Of a DNA stretch of 64,000 bases, positions 20,071 through 29,710 are shown piece by piece. Location of the stretch: the NCBI GenBank assembly GCA_963845085.1, contig CAWJQI010000005.1:288001-352000 (forward strand). The letters run 5' to 3'. The notes below the pieces were generated by a model. It was not told where the DNA came from. It did no database searches and saw nothing but the letters and a program-made list of their open reading frames with translations. A program made the position numbers and the translations under genes. The stretch comes from Candidatus Fermentibacterota bacterium. GTDB lineage: Bacteria > Fermentibacterota > Fermentibacteria > Fermentibacterales > JCC-6. Every line of letters starts with the position of its first letter. Within the stretch, counting starts at the first letter, position 1.

Positions 20071-20574
20071 TCAGGGCAGGAAGCCCACCCATCCGTCAGC
20101 ATCGGACGCTTCGAGAAGTTTCCAGCCCTCACCAGGCCCGCGCGAGACCGTGAGGCTCCAGCTTCCCCCGCTGCTGACATTATCGGGGCCGGTTCCGATG
20201 TAATCGAGCTGGAAGTCGAACGACAGAAGAGCCTCATCGGACGAAAGGTACTGGACAGAGGCGTTCTCCTCATCGATGGAAAGGCAGATCTCCGAACACT
20301 CCTGGAAGAAGGCATCGATCAACTCTGTCTGGAGTTCGGCGTTCCATCCCGAATCAACGACCCCGTCGCCGTCGTAATCGTCCCAGCAGGACTCGGGAAT
20401 GGTGTGGAAATACCCTTCCTGAAGTACACTTGTGAACATGCCCGTGTCACGGTTGCTGAACGCGTCTTCAAGCGTGGTCAGCACATCGAGAGGGGTTCCC
20501 TGCTCACCCGGGCCCGTGGTACTGTTGCCGCACCCGACGGCAAGCACCGCTGCAGCTACTGCCAGCACTTTCAT
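20071..20574 (-). CDS. Lipoprotein, NTF2/SnoaL-like fold
   Basis: LAVGC lipobox; acidic DYDGDG loop; ends with GWKL. Confidence 0.6.
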   Translation of the reverse strand: MKVLAVAAAVLAVGCGNSTTGPGEQGTPLDVLTTLEDAFSNRDTGMFTSVLQEGYFHTIPESCWDDYDGDGVVDSGWNAELQTELIDAFFQECSEICLSIDEENASVQYLSSDEALLSFDFQLDYIGTGPDNVSSGGSWSLTVSRGPGEGWKLLEASDADGWVGFLP

Positions 20575-20755
20575 GGTTCACTCTCCTTCCGGCAAGAATA
20601 GTAAAATGATCCCTCTTTCCCGAAAGGTCAAGTCACATTTTCGTAAACTCTATGTTTCCCTTGGAATGACATTCGCAGGTTTCCCTGTATTGAGGACAAT
20701 TGCTGGAGTGAGCCTTTCCCGAAACAGCAGACACCTGCAGGTTTTGGGATCGTTG

Positions 20756-20830
20756 TGAACCGCCCCTGGTTTTCCAGAGGGTTGTGTTATGTGATTCCGA
20801 CCACCATGGCCGGGATCTCCTGCCGCAGAA
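20756..20830 (-). mobile_element. IS3-family (IS51/IS629-like) right-end remnant
   Basis: TGAACCGCCCCTGGTTTTCCAGAG resembles the IS629-type terminal IR; preceded on the minus strand by QEIPAMVVGIT*, like an IS3 OrfB end. Confidence 0.5.
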
Positions 20831-20913
20831 GCTCGATCAACGCCGGCAATGGGCAACGTCATCGCCGGCAGCAGAAGGGTGATTCTCATGAGTCAATCTC
20901 TATACGAATCTGA

Positions 20914-22113
20914 TCAATTCCGAAAATGGGAATCGAATCGACCTACACTGCCCGGCAGTTCCGTCCCGTGACTCATGATCTCGATATAGCCCGTGTAACT
21001 GAACAGTCGGTTGCGTTTCCGGGCGGTCAGCTCCTTGACGATACCGAGCTGTTCCAGATGGCCGAGTGCCTTGTTGACCGTGGCCGGGGTTATGCCGGTC
21101 TTCTGCACCAGCGAGCCCGAGGTGGCGATGGGATGCTCCATCAGTGCCCGGTGGACCTGCAGGGTGGATGCAGCCGCCCGGCCGAGACCGCTGATCTTGT
21201 CGTGGTCGCGGTTTGACAGGTCGAGGAGTTGCTGCGCCGTTTCCACTGCCTGGGTGGCGGTGACGATGACCGCCTCGGCGAAGAAATCGAGCCAGGCTTC
21301 CCAGTCGCCTGTAATACGCACGTTGTTGAGCAGCTCGTAGTAATACTGACGATGCGTTTTGAAATAGAGGCTGAGGTAGAGCATCGGCTCCCGCAGCACC
21401 TTCTGCTCGCACAGCAGCAGAGTGATCAGCAGACGTCCCAAACGGCCATTACCGTCGAGGAAAGGGTGGATCGTCTCGAACTGCACGTGAGCCAACGCCG
21501 CCTTGAGCAGCACCGGGGACGGCTCCGGCTGGTCGTGGAGGAAGAGTTCCAGCTTGCTCATGCACTCCAGCACCTCTTCGGCCGGAGGCGGAACGAAGGC
21601 TGCGTTGCCCGGCCGAGTGCCGCCGATCCAGTTCTGGCTGCGCCGAAATTCCCCCGGAGTCTGATTGCTGCCACGACCCTTGGTCAGCAGCACGCCATGA
21701 ATCTCGCGGAACAGCCGCAGCGACAGCGGCAGCCCTTCCTCCAGCAGGCGCAGACCATGGTCGAGGGCCGCAACATAGTTGCTGACCTCCCGTACATCAT
21801 CAAGCGGCACGCCGGGTTCCTGATCCAGCTCGAACAGCAGCAGGTCGGACAGCGACGATTGAGTCCCCTCGATCATGGAGGAGAGTACCGCTTCCTTACG
21901 AATGTACATGTAGAGGAACAGCGAGCTTTCCGGCAGCAAGGTCGAAACGCTGTCCAGACGTCCAAGCGCCAGTAATGCCAGGTCGAACTTGCTGCGCAGC
22001 TCCGGCGTCCAGTCGATGGACGGACGTGGCGGCAGCGGCGCGGGCACGAAGGCCTGGGCCTTCTGGCCCTCCGCCGATATGGTCACATATCTGCCTTGGA
22101 GTTCCCGCTTCAT
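20914..22113 (-). CDS. Fic family adenylyltransferase (class II, C-terminal wHTH)
   Basis: HPFLDGNGRLGR catalytic motif; SSMIEGT inhibitory motif. Confidence 0.92.
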   Translation of the reverse strand: MKRELQGRYVTISAEGQKAQAFVPAPLPPRPSIDWTPELRSKFDLALLALGRLDSVSTLLPESSLFLYMYIRKEAVLSSMIEGTQSSLSDLLLFELDQEPGVPLDDVREVSNYVAALDHGLRLLEEGLPLSLRLFREIHGVLLTKGRGSNQTPGEFRRSQNWIGGTRPGNAAFVPPPAEEVLECMSKLELFLHDQPEPSPVLLKAALAHVQFETIHPFLDGNGRLGRLLITLLLCEQKVLREPMLYLSLYFKTHRQYYYELLNNVRITGDWEAWLDFFAEAVIVTATQAVETAQQLLDLSNRDHDKISGLGRAAASTLQVHRALMEHPIATSGSLVQKTGITPATVNKALGHLEQLGIVKELTARKRNRLFSYTGYIEIMSHGTELPGSVGRFDSHFRN

Positions 22114-22385
22114 CCTGCCTGCCTCGAACCTAAAATAAGATTTGTCTTTATTTTATCTTTACCGAGCATCCTAAAATAAAGAATCGGGAAGCAAGAATCA
22201 AGCGGATTCTCTGCGCGGCCACTTCGACGTCCTCAGACATGAGTTCGACGTTGTGGCGCATATGCGAAAGCAAACAAGAATGTTTGAGGATGGATTGCGC
22301 TCAGCAACTCTTCCTCGGCTGTTAAACTTGTATGAGTCTTAACACACTTGTAGACAGACTCTTAGCACATATGCCACAACATAGC

Positions 22386-22465
22386 GTGCAGTATGCGTGC
22401 AGAAGTCAGATGAGGAGGGGATGGCGATGATGACATCTCCCTCCCTGGCAATATCTTAGACGCTG
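22386..22465 (+). pseudogene. 3' remnant of a sister tmRNA-targeting integrase (att arm of an older tandem island)
   Basis: AVCVQ.../GDGDDDISLPGNILDAVEDWW resembles the integrase segment AICVH...GEEDDIQLPVNHLGPIEDWW. Confidence 0.65.
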
Positions 22466-22496
22466 TTGAGGACTGGTGGAGGCGGCGGGATTCGAA
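22466..22496. repeat. att core (tmRNA 3'-end duplication), left island boundary
   Basis: TTGAGGACTGGTGGAGGCGGCGGGATTCGAA, identical to 45535-45565. Confidence 0.93.
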
Positions 22497-22797
22497 ACCG
22501 TTGTTATGCAATTACTTGCATGATACAGAACCGCTACACTTCCCTGACAGAAACGATACAATTCCCAACACTATCAAACACTTGCTTCGAGAAGCAAATC
22601 GAAGAAAAGAACAGATTCAGACAGAACCTGAACAGAAACCAGACACTCCATTGCACTCCAAGTGTGCTATATGCGTGCACCAGGCTGAAACACCTGAGGA
22701 CCTGTTGCTGGTGGTGAAAGCATGGGGTGAACTTTCGGATTTCACCAAGGGGATTATCCTGGGGCTGGTAGCTTCAGAGGAAGGCAAGTATGAGTAA
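22495..22797 (+). CDS. attP-side C-terminal exon of the integrase (joined in the excised circle)
   Basis: In frame with core-encoded EDWWRRRDS; ends PEDLLLVVKAWGELSDFTKGIILGLV. Confidence 0.7.
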   Translation, partial: KPLLCNYLHDTEPLHFPDRNDTIPNTIKHLLREANRRKEQIQTEPEQKPDTPLHSKCAICVHQAETPEDLLLVVKAWGELSDFTKGIILGLVASEEGKYE

Positions 22798-23050
22798 AGC
22801 ACTCTGACAGAATTGACAGAATTGACAAAGCAATACGAAACAAGTGAAGGCAGTTCTTCTATTTCGGAAGCCGCTGCAGCCGTGTGTTCCCCTTTTAGGA
22901 GAGAAAAGACCCATGCCCTATTGCCGACCTTGTGGGTAAACGTCAAAGCACATGAGTGCTTGTCATGAGGACCGATATAGCATGATATTAATGAGCTTAG
23001 CATCGTGTCCGCAGTAGCAGGAGGCTTGAGAATTGTCAGGATCTCACGCA

Positions 23051-23935
23051 ATGATCTTGCATATCGACAATTGGGAACATATAAAGCTCATATCACCAGG
23101 GTTTAAAGGGTTTTATTTCAGAGGTATGAGCGAATCATCAATGGACCTTAAGTCTCCGTTGGAAAGGTCGAGCACAAGGTGGGGTGTTCCCCGTGATATC
23201 TTACCCATTGCTGAAGAGCGTATCCTTTTTGATTTCAAGAGAAGAGCGAGTAATTACTACCATCCCGTTCCCTCAGATGGCTCAGTCCTTGAATGGTGGG
23301 CCTTGCTTAGGCATTTTGAGGGACCTGCTCGCTTTCTTGATTTCACTAAATCTTTCTTCATTGCAGCATACTTTGCTCTTGCAAACTCAACTACGGAAGC
23401 TGCTATATGGGCTGTTTCCAAACGGAGTTTAGATACCTTTGAAGAAATAGCGTTTCCAGAGCTTAGGAAACTGGGCACATTTCACGAAAGAGTAACATTC
23501 AAGGAAAAAGAAGTTTACCCTTATGTTTTTAGTAGGAATTATAAGTATAGAGGTGTAGTAGCTAGTGAGCCGTTTGTTTTAAATAATCGCATGCGCGTAC
23601 AACAGGGACTTTTTTTGATTCCATTCAGTTTAGCGGAACCATTTGAGCATCACTTCTTCGCTGCATTGGAATTGCCACCATCATCATTTCGGGAGGATTC
23701 CACAATATCATATACCTATAGAAATATCCTTGATAATAGTATAAGTCTAAGCGATTTTTCTCTCATTAAGATCATTCTTCCACCGTCCATTCATTCTAAG
23801 GCCGTATGCGAGTTAAATGATATGAATATAACAGCGGAGTCCCTCTTCCCTGGACTTGATGGACTTGCAAAGACTCTTGAGATACCATTTGCCATGTACA
23901 GTAGCTGGTTCCAAGACAGCAGCAAAGTAGATTAG
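23051..23935 (+). CDS. FRG domain protein
   Basis: YFRG, RHFEGPARFLDFT, AYFA, RMRVQQGLFL, ESLFPGLDG. Confidence 0.88.
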   Translation: MILHIDNWEHIKLISPGFKGFYFRGMSESSMDLKSPLERSSTRWGVPRDILPIAEERILFDFKRRASNYYHPVPSDGSVLEWWALLRHFEGPARFLDFTKSFFIAAYFALANSTTEAAIWAVSKRSLDTFEEIAFPELRKLGTFHERVTFKEKEVYPYVFSRNYKYRGVVASEPFVLNNRMRVQQGLFLIPFSLAEPFEHHFFAALELPPSSFREDSTISYTYRNILDNSISLSDFSLIKIILPPSIHSKAVCELNDMNITAESLFPGLDGLAKTLEIPFAMYSSWFQDSSKVD

Positions 23936-23985
23936 TGTATTATGGGTCATTTTTATGTATACAGTGTTATTAAGGGGGAACAGAG

Positions 23986-24672
23986 ATGATATCTAACTTT
24001 CTTGGTCAAGGTCTTTACACCATCTCTCAAGTTTCTCGTTACACAAGGATTAATAAAAGTTCGATAAAAAGATGGGTCAAAGTCGTTGAAGGAGATCACT
24101 ACTATGGCTCGATGTTTGCTGTGTACACTGGAGATTATCAAGCGAAAGAGAGCACTATCTCTCTTAGCTTCAATGATCTGTTAGAGATTAGGTTCATTCA
24201 TGAGTTTAGAAAGCTTGGTGTCTCCCTTCAGACAATACGGAAGGCTCTGGTAAAAGCGCAAACGCTTCTGAATGAGAACCACCCTTTCTCGACGAAAAAG
24301 TTTCTAACTGATGGGAAAGAAATACTCTATGAGCTTTCCAAGGAGGACTCCTCTGTTGATCTTATGAACATTCTCACAGAGCAGTATGAGTTCCAGCAGA
24401 TTCTTGATAAGTTTCTGCATAATACTGGTTTGGAATTTTCCCCTGAAGACACTGTGTGCAGATGGTGGCCAAATGGAAAAGCAAACCATGTAGTTCTTGA
24501 TCCGCAAAGGGCTTTTGGACAGTCAATCATTGGTGCTAATGGCGTACCAACTGCAGTCCTTCATGCCGCGTATCGGACAGAACTGAGCATTGGTGTTGTA
24601 GCTGATTGGTATGAAATAGACCAGGAGTATGTTTCTGCTGCAGTCAAGTACGAGGAGTCACTAACAGCATGA
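23986..24672 (+). CDS. HTH + DUF433 antitoxin (VapB45-like)
   Basis: GLYTISQVSRY HTH; SFNDLLEIRF; LDPQRAFGQ...GVPT...AAVKYE. Confidence 0.8.
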   Translation: MISNFLGQGLYTISQVSRYTRINKSSIKRWVKVVEGDHYYGSMFAVYTGDYQAKESTISLSFNDLLEIRFIHEFRKLGVSLQTIRKALVKAQTLLNENHPFSTKKFLTDGKEILYELSKEDSSVDLMNILTEQYEFQQILDKFLHNTGLEFSPEDTVCRWWPNGKANHVVLDPQRAFGQSIIGANGVPTAVLHAAYRTELSIGVVADWYEIDQEYVSAAVKYEESLTA

Positions 24673-25058
24673 GGTTTTTTCTCGACAACAACATTGCTCC
24701 AAAAATCGCAAAAGCTCTTCACGAGCTGTGTAGAGAGCATAATCACGTTGTTTGCCTTAGAGATATGTTTGACCCAGCAACACCTGATGTTGAATGGATT
24801 AAAACCTTGTCTGAGGAAATTGAGAGTGGTTGGATTGTTGTAACCTGCGATAGTAAAATCCGTCGGAACCCACATGAGACACAAGTATGGCGCGAAGCAG
24901 GACTACCTACTTACTTTCTTACAAAGAGTTGGACAACTCTGCAATTCTGGGATCAGGCAAGAAACTTTGTTAAGCTATGGCCCTGCTTGCTTGAGCATGC
25001 TTCAAAAGCAAAAGAAGGAACTTCATTCAGAATCAAACATAATTGTGTTATTGAATAG
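24669..25058 (+). CDS. PIN-like toxin (VapC45-like)
   Basis: MRFFLDNNI, DVEWI, VVTCDSKIRRNPHE; overlaps the antitoxin stop. Confidence 0.82.
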   Translation: MRFFLDNNIAPKIAKALHELCREHNHVVCLRDMFDPATPDVEWIKTLSEEIESGWIVVTCDSKIRRNPHETQVWREAGLPTYFLTKSWTTLQFWDQARNFVKLWPCLLEHASKAKEGTSFRIKHNCVIE

Positions 25059-25457
25059 TATTCATATTACACTAGTATCTATTGTTGTGGCAGCAGCATT
25101 ACTTCAGGTTTCTATCTCTTGTTTAGTGTTAACAGGAAGTCTCACTCTAAAAAATGTCCCCTAAACGGGGAAGCCTACGCACAAAGCGACCCAAGGAGCG
25201 AGCACTAACGTTTCTGGAACTTCCGGCAACCCAGGGGTAAGGATATACAAGTTACCGGATTCGTTTACGTTTTCAGGGTCGTGCTTTGACATTGTTTTCC
25301 TGCGCGGAAACTACTCCGTGAAGCACAGAGTAATGTCGTTGTCCGATATTCTCGCAGAAGAATAGTCCGCAGGTTACCCATAGTCAATCAGGATATTAGT
25401 TGTTGGTGATCAGCAAGCCTAAGAGCGCTCCTCGGACAAGGGGGCCCTCACGGCCCC

Positions 25458-26120
25458 CTACCTCTTCACCATCCCCCGCACCGTCGCCGGGTGCCACTGC
25501 CCGCCGTTCTTCGTGGGAATGCCCCGGCCAGTCAGGTAACTGGCGATCCAGGCATAGCTCCGGCCCTGGCTTCTGAAGGACCGCATCAGTTCAAGTATCC
25601 TCAGTTCATCTTTCACCGGAACCAGGGTGTCCCCCTGCCTCTCGTAGCCGTAGGGCACCGGGGAGTACACAAGACCCTGCGCTTTTTTGTGCTGTAGAGC
25701 TGCTGATGTTCTCTCTGCGACCTGGTCCCTCTCGAACTCATTGAGAACCGCCATAAGCCGAAAGATCATCTTCCCCGCTGCACAGGTGGTGTCGATCCTC
25801 TCTGAGAGACTTACCAGGTCAGCGCCGGCCTTGTCCAGCCTCTCGGCAATCTGCAGCGTGTCTTTCGTTGACCGTGACAGTCGGGACAGGGAGTAGACGA
25901 CAAGCACCGCCTTCCTGTCACAGGCGAGTTTCAGGGCTTCCTGCAGCCCCGGTCGTTGTCTTATCCCCGTCCCGCTTATCCCGGCATCCTCGATGATTTT
26001 CAGCAGGGTGATGTTCAGGCTTTGAGCCCACGCCTTGATCGAGGCGGTCTGCGCATCGAGGCTCACTCCGTTTCTGACCTGTTCGTCCGTGCTGACCCTG
26101 ATGTACCCCACCGCCTCCAT
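25458..26120 (-). CDS. Serine recombinase (resolvase + recombinase domain)
   Basis: GYIRVSTDEQ, EDAGISG, RPGL, YSLSRLSR, PYGY. Confidence 0.92.
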   Translation of the reverse strand: MEAVGYIRVSTDEQVRNGVSLDAQTASIKAWAQSLNITLLKIIEDAGISGTGIRQRPGLQEALKLACDRKAVLVVYSLSRLSRSTKDTLQIAERLDKAGADLVSLSERIDTTCAAGKMIFRLMAVLNEFERDQVAERTSAALQHKKAQGLVYSPVPYGYERQGDTLVPVKDELRILELMRSFRSQGRSYAWIASYLTGRGIPTKNGGQWHPATVRGMVKR

Positions 26121-26624
26121 CAGATCAGCCCTTTCGCCCTCAGAGAGGTCCACCTGGGTTTCTCACCGGGACGCCCGGCGCTGTAGATCAGGTGATCCAG
26201 CAACCGAACCTCGAGGGGCTCCATGACCTTCTGGAGATGCTTCGTCAGGGCGATGTCCTGTGGGCTGGCTTCCTCCCGGCCGCCGGGGTGGTTGTGGCAA
26301 AGAATCAGTCCCGTTGAGTTTGTTTCATGAAGGAGAAAGCTGACCAGCTCCCGTGGATAGACAGTTGCCCGGTCCACAGTGCCGTTGGAGAGCAGGATCA
26401 GCCCCAAGAAGTCGTTGCAGGTGTTCAGGGCGATTGCGTACAGGGCTTCTGTGGGCCTGTACTCGAACAGGTCGGACAGGAACTCCATTGCTCTTTCCTG
26501 ACAGTCGATGGTGTGGGGTGACGACTTCCAGGGTGAGACGCCGGACGGTCTTGAAGGTAATGGCTTTCTCGGCGAGAATCAGCTTCCGGTTCCTCTGAAA
26601 AGCATGGATCATCTCCGGGGTCAT
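26120..26624 (-). pseudogene. radC: RadC/JAB domain protein with one apparent frameshift near 26510
   Basis: GTVDRATVYPRE, CHNHPGG...SPQD, LLDHLI; AGGAGG RBS before the ATG at 26624. Confidence 0.8.
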
Positions 26625-26626
26625 GA

Positions 26627-26687
26627 TCGACCTCCTTCTGGTCATGGATTGGATGGGAAGACTCCGCCGGGATCCGGCGTGTCAGTC
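26627..26687 (-). repeat. Conserved 5' leader, copy A (hairpin + RBS)
   Basis: About 61 bp, near-identical to 27433-27493. Confidence 0.8.
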
Positions 26688-26993
26688 AGTCTCAAGTGGG
26701 GATAGGGGCGTATACAAGGGTGCCTGCATATGCAACCGTGCGGTTGTATACGGAAAGACGGCATTCCAATGAGCGAAACAACTCAGAACTACGAAGTATC
26801 GAGCCCGTCATTAAGAATCAAAACGACTTCAGCAAGTGCTCCGAAGTTCCTCATGCAGAGTCCTTAGAAATCAATCCCTTCGGACTCATTTCAGGTGTTT
26901 AAGGGGTCAAGGGAACCATTTCAGATTGGACAAAAGACAGCTTCAAACAGAGTCCATCCAGCATATGAAAATGACCCTCAAAACTAGTCTTTT

Positions 26994-27431
26994 TCACGAA
27001 GCGGAGTCCCTTGTAGACGCCATTACTGACATAACTTTAACGAAGAAGTGTGCAAAACCGGAGCCCATTTCGAGTTTGGCCGTCTCAAAGAGGGAAAATC
27101 CGCTGTTCGGCTTCAAGTTCCTTTCTCTGTTAATTGTTGTTCCCCTTGTACATAAAAGGTTGGTGGATTTTTCGCACGTTTCTGCAAATCGTTGCCGCAT
27201 GCGCAGGAAAGGTGCCGCAACTCTCCGAAAAGAGGCTCTGATCATCCTGCAGAGTGACTCGAATTCTCTCTGATTTTCACTGCCTTTGGCGGGTTGATTC
27301 AGGTAGCGTTTCGAGGTGCCAGTGGCGTAGTCAGACAGGGTAAGGACGACTTCTCGAAGAATGGAATCGGAAAGCGTAGGCTTGCCCGAGAATCGCAGCG
27401 ATTTCTGTTCGGTGAATCTGAATTGATTCAC
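26994..27431 (-). CDS. Hypothetical protein
   Basis: GTG start after the AGGAGG of leader copy B; no recognisable domain. Confidence 0.4.
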   Translation of the reverse strand: MNQFRFTEQKSLRFSGKPTLSDSILREVVLTLSDYATGTSKRYLNQPAKGSENQREFESLCRMIRASFRRVAAPFLRMRQRFAETCEKSTNLLCTRGTTINRERNLKPNSGFSLFETAKLEMGSGFAHFFVKVMSVMASTRDSAS

Positions 27432-27432
27432 C

Positions 27433-27493
27433 TCGACCTCCTTCTGGTCTGGATTGAATGGGAAGGCTCCGCCGGAAGCCGGCGGGATCAGTC
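27433..27493 (-). repeat. Conserved 5' leader, copy B
   Basis: tcgacctccttctggtc...gggaag.ctccgccgg...ccggcg...tcagtc. Confidence 0.8.
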
Positions 27494-27539
27494 GCTTCTC
27501 AGAAAGGTAACGGGATATCGTAAAGGCGTCTGAGCAGGA

Positions 27540-27568
27540 TTGACATTCTTCCAGAACAAGTATATATT
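27540..27568 (+). promoter_or_regulatory. Sigma70 promoter
   Basis: TTGACA-N17-TATATT upstream of the ORF at 27612. Confidence 0.6.
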
Positions 27569-27611
27569 TATAGAGGAAATAGCGATATATATTGCACATA
27601 AGGAGGGGAAA

Positions 27612-27842
27612 ATGGATACTGATGAGAAAGTCAGGGAAAACCGAGTACGTCGAAGACTGAAACGGCTTGAGTGTCGACTTTTCAAATCGAGGGTTCGTGA
27701 CCCTCGTAGGCTCGAGTATGGCGGATACTTGGTCCAGGACGATTGCAATAGGATTGTGTTCGGAGGAGCACATCACTTCTATTCGGCCACTCTTCAAGAT
27801 GTTGAGGAGTGGTTAGATACACTTGAAGAAGAAAACCGCTAG
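27612..27842 (+). CDS. Small basic mobile-element hypothetical protein
   Basis: AGGAGG RBS; KVRENRVRR...KSRVRDPRRLEYGGY...LQDVEEWL. Confidence 0.65.
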   Translation: MDTDEKVRENRVRRRLKRLECRLFKSRVRDPRRLEYGGYLVQDDCNRIVFGGAHHFYSATLQDVEEWLDTLEEENR

Positions 27843-28121
27843 ACAAATCTTGATCGACACTCATGCTTCGATGTGATGATTGTTGCCCTCTGTGTCACGG
27901 AAGTGGATATGAGATTTCCGGCGGGATGACTCATATGAGGAGAGGGCGTACAAAAAGGCCACCCCCGAGAAGGGCGGACAAAACGGACCGGTTTAGTACG
28001 GGATGATGAGTAAGTTTCGAATACTGCACTGAATACCGTTCTTATCTGGCACCGCTGTATCACGAAGAAGGTTCTCGAGAAGCTCCCTGGGAGTTCAAGA
28101 GAGTCAATACGGTGTTTGCAT

Positions 28122-28553
28122 TCATATTGTGTGCCCGTTCATAACCAGTGGAGGATTTCCTTGGGTCCAACCCACGACGACGAGAGTATTCTGATAGTAT
28201 GATCTCGCGTAGACACTTCCGTCCGGCGTTGATACTTCGATTTCGTAGGTGAACTGCATGCCATCTGCAAGCGCGATCATGTCATCGCTATCAAGACATA
28301 AACTGATTTGCTGGAGAGCGCCGGATTCTATCCTGGCTGATCGCTCCCAAGGAGTCGTAATGGTTGTGCTTTGCTCATTATTCGCTGTGCCATACCGAAT
28401 TGGGAGTCTGTAAGATACCTGGTCATCCCTCGTCCAGTAGACTCTGTAAGTTACATCAGCCATCTCCGACGATGAGGTGGATTCGGATGAATCGCTACAA
28501 CTAAGGACGAATGAAATGGTAGCAAATGAGATAATCACGAGAAACCGATGCAT
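28122..28553 (-). CDS. Lipoprotein, unknown function
   Basis: FVLSC lipobox; Ser-rich linker. Confidence 0.65.
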   Translation of the reverse strand: MHRFLVIISFATISFVLSCSDSSESTSSSEMADVTYRVYWTRDDQVSYRLPIRYGTANNEQSTTITTPWERSARIESGALQQISLCLDSDDMIALADGMQFTYEIEVSTPDGSVYARSYYQNTLVVVGWTQGNPPLVMNGHTI

Positions 28554-28607
28554 TGCACGCTCCTCTCATTCAGTTGTAGTAACAGGTGATTATGCTATAT
28601 GAATCGC

Positions 28608-28949
28608 TCAGTTATCCGTCCACTGCTCGTCAACATGGTTATCCCATGTAATTGACCATGAGTATCCTTCTGATTCCAGGTTCACATTCTGAACGAAGTA
28701 ATCTCCGAAGAAACCCATGGCCTTCAACTCATAGGATCCACAATCAAGCTCTATGCTCGCTTCTTGTCCAGACTCTAAGGCCAACATCCAAATCCACTCT
28801 TCAACATCGGAATCGAGGGGTTGTATGCAGATTCCCACAATAGGCCATCCAAGGTCGTTACGTACGTGTAGCTCTCCTTTGCCACAGGATATCGTGAAGC
28901 AGAATGCGACAGCTATGAGCGGAATCGGATTTCTATAGGTTAAAACCAT
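28608..28949 (-). CDS. Lipoprotein, small beta-sandwich
   Basis: FTISC lipobox; LHVRNDLG...LESGQE...GSYELKA. Confidence 0.6.
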   Translation of the reverse strand: MVLTYRNPIPLIAVAFCFTISCGKGELHVRNDLGWPIVGICIQPLDSDVEEWIWMLALESGQEASIELDCGSYELKAMGFFGDYFVQNVNLESEGYSWSITWDNHVDEQWTDN

Positions 28950-28950
28950 T

Positions 28951-29649
28951 TCAGTTTTCCTTATCACTTTCAGATTGCGCACTCTCGTTCATCAGTCGTT
29001 CTGTCTCATGCAGATCGCTTTCAGAGGATATGTATTCCGGATAGAGCTCGCTGTACATCCTGACAAGGTACTCGTTGTCCACGGCAGCGAGTTTCTGGCC
29101 GCACTTCGGACAGAAGTTCAGAGTCTTTTCAAGGAAGTTATCGCAGGCAGCGCAGTACAGCATACCCTGAGCCATCGACCGGAACTGCGCGATCTCTCTA
29201 CCGATGAGGATCCTCTGCCTTGTGGTCTTGTCTGGAGAAATCAGCCAATCCGCATGGGATACGATCTCTCTGGATCCGCAGGTTGTGCAAAACTGGCTGC
29301 CATGCTCAACGCGGTTCTTGCAGGCTTGGCAGTGCGGTCTTGACTCGAGGTGCTGTTGTGCGGCCGATTCAGCCCTTTGTCTCTCCTGCAGTACCGCCTG
29401 ATCTGCGCGATGCTTCTCCTCAAGCTGAGCCTTGACGACAGTCATCTGTGTCCAGTTCGCCGAGCCGCACTTCGCACAGACCAGCTTCTGTTGTACCGTG
29501 CCCGGAATATCCATGTGGTGCTTCGCAGGAACCACTTCGCCGATGTATCCACAGTCGTTGCACCTGACCTGTCCTTTGCTCTTGCCCACCAGCTTCGCGA
29601 TGATCCAGATTACAGCACATACCAAGATCACAACCTGTAACGCTGTCAT
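28951..29649 (-). CDS. Membrane-anchored multi-zinc-ribbon protein
   Basis: N-terminal TM; six CxxC motifs (e.g. FCTTCG, FCPKCG). Confidence 0.75.
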   Translation of the reverse strand: MTALQVVILVCAVIWIIAKLVGKSKGQVRCNDCGYIGEVVPAKHHMDIPGTVQQKLVCAKCGSANWTQMTVVKAQLEEKHRADQAVLQERQRAESAAQQHLESRPHCQACKNRVEHGSQFCTTCGSREIVSHADWLISPDKTTRQRILIGREIAQFRSMAQGMLYCAACDNFLEKTLNFCPKCGQKLAAVDNEYLVRMYSELYPEYISSESDLHETERLMNESAQSESDKEN

Positions 29650-29710
29650 GCCGACACCTCAGACTCCCTGTTACTTTTGGTAATGATGATTGCCCTGTTG
29701 AGTCCCTTGA

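Noticed and set aside
20688..20700. TTGAGGAC as a third att core
   Set aside because: Only 8-9 bp match and no tmRNA-derived sequence; could be chance.
22473..22500. Possible tRNA gene (T-arm plus CCA on the minus strand)
   Set aside because: Only the duplicated 3' end of tmRNA (att core); no 5' half is present.
25458..26120. Serine recombinase acting as an invertase on a flanked segment
   Set aside because: No convincing inverted recombination sites could be identified by eye.
26994..27797. 267-aa minus-strand ORF as given in the track
   Set aside because: Its 5' part overlaps a better-supported plus-strand gene and promoter; the RBS points to a GTG start at 27431.
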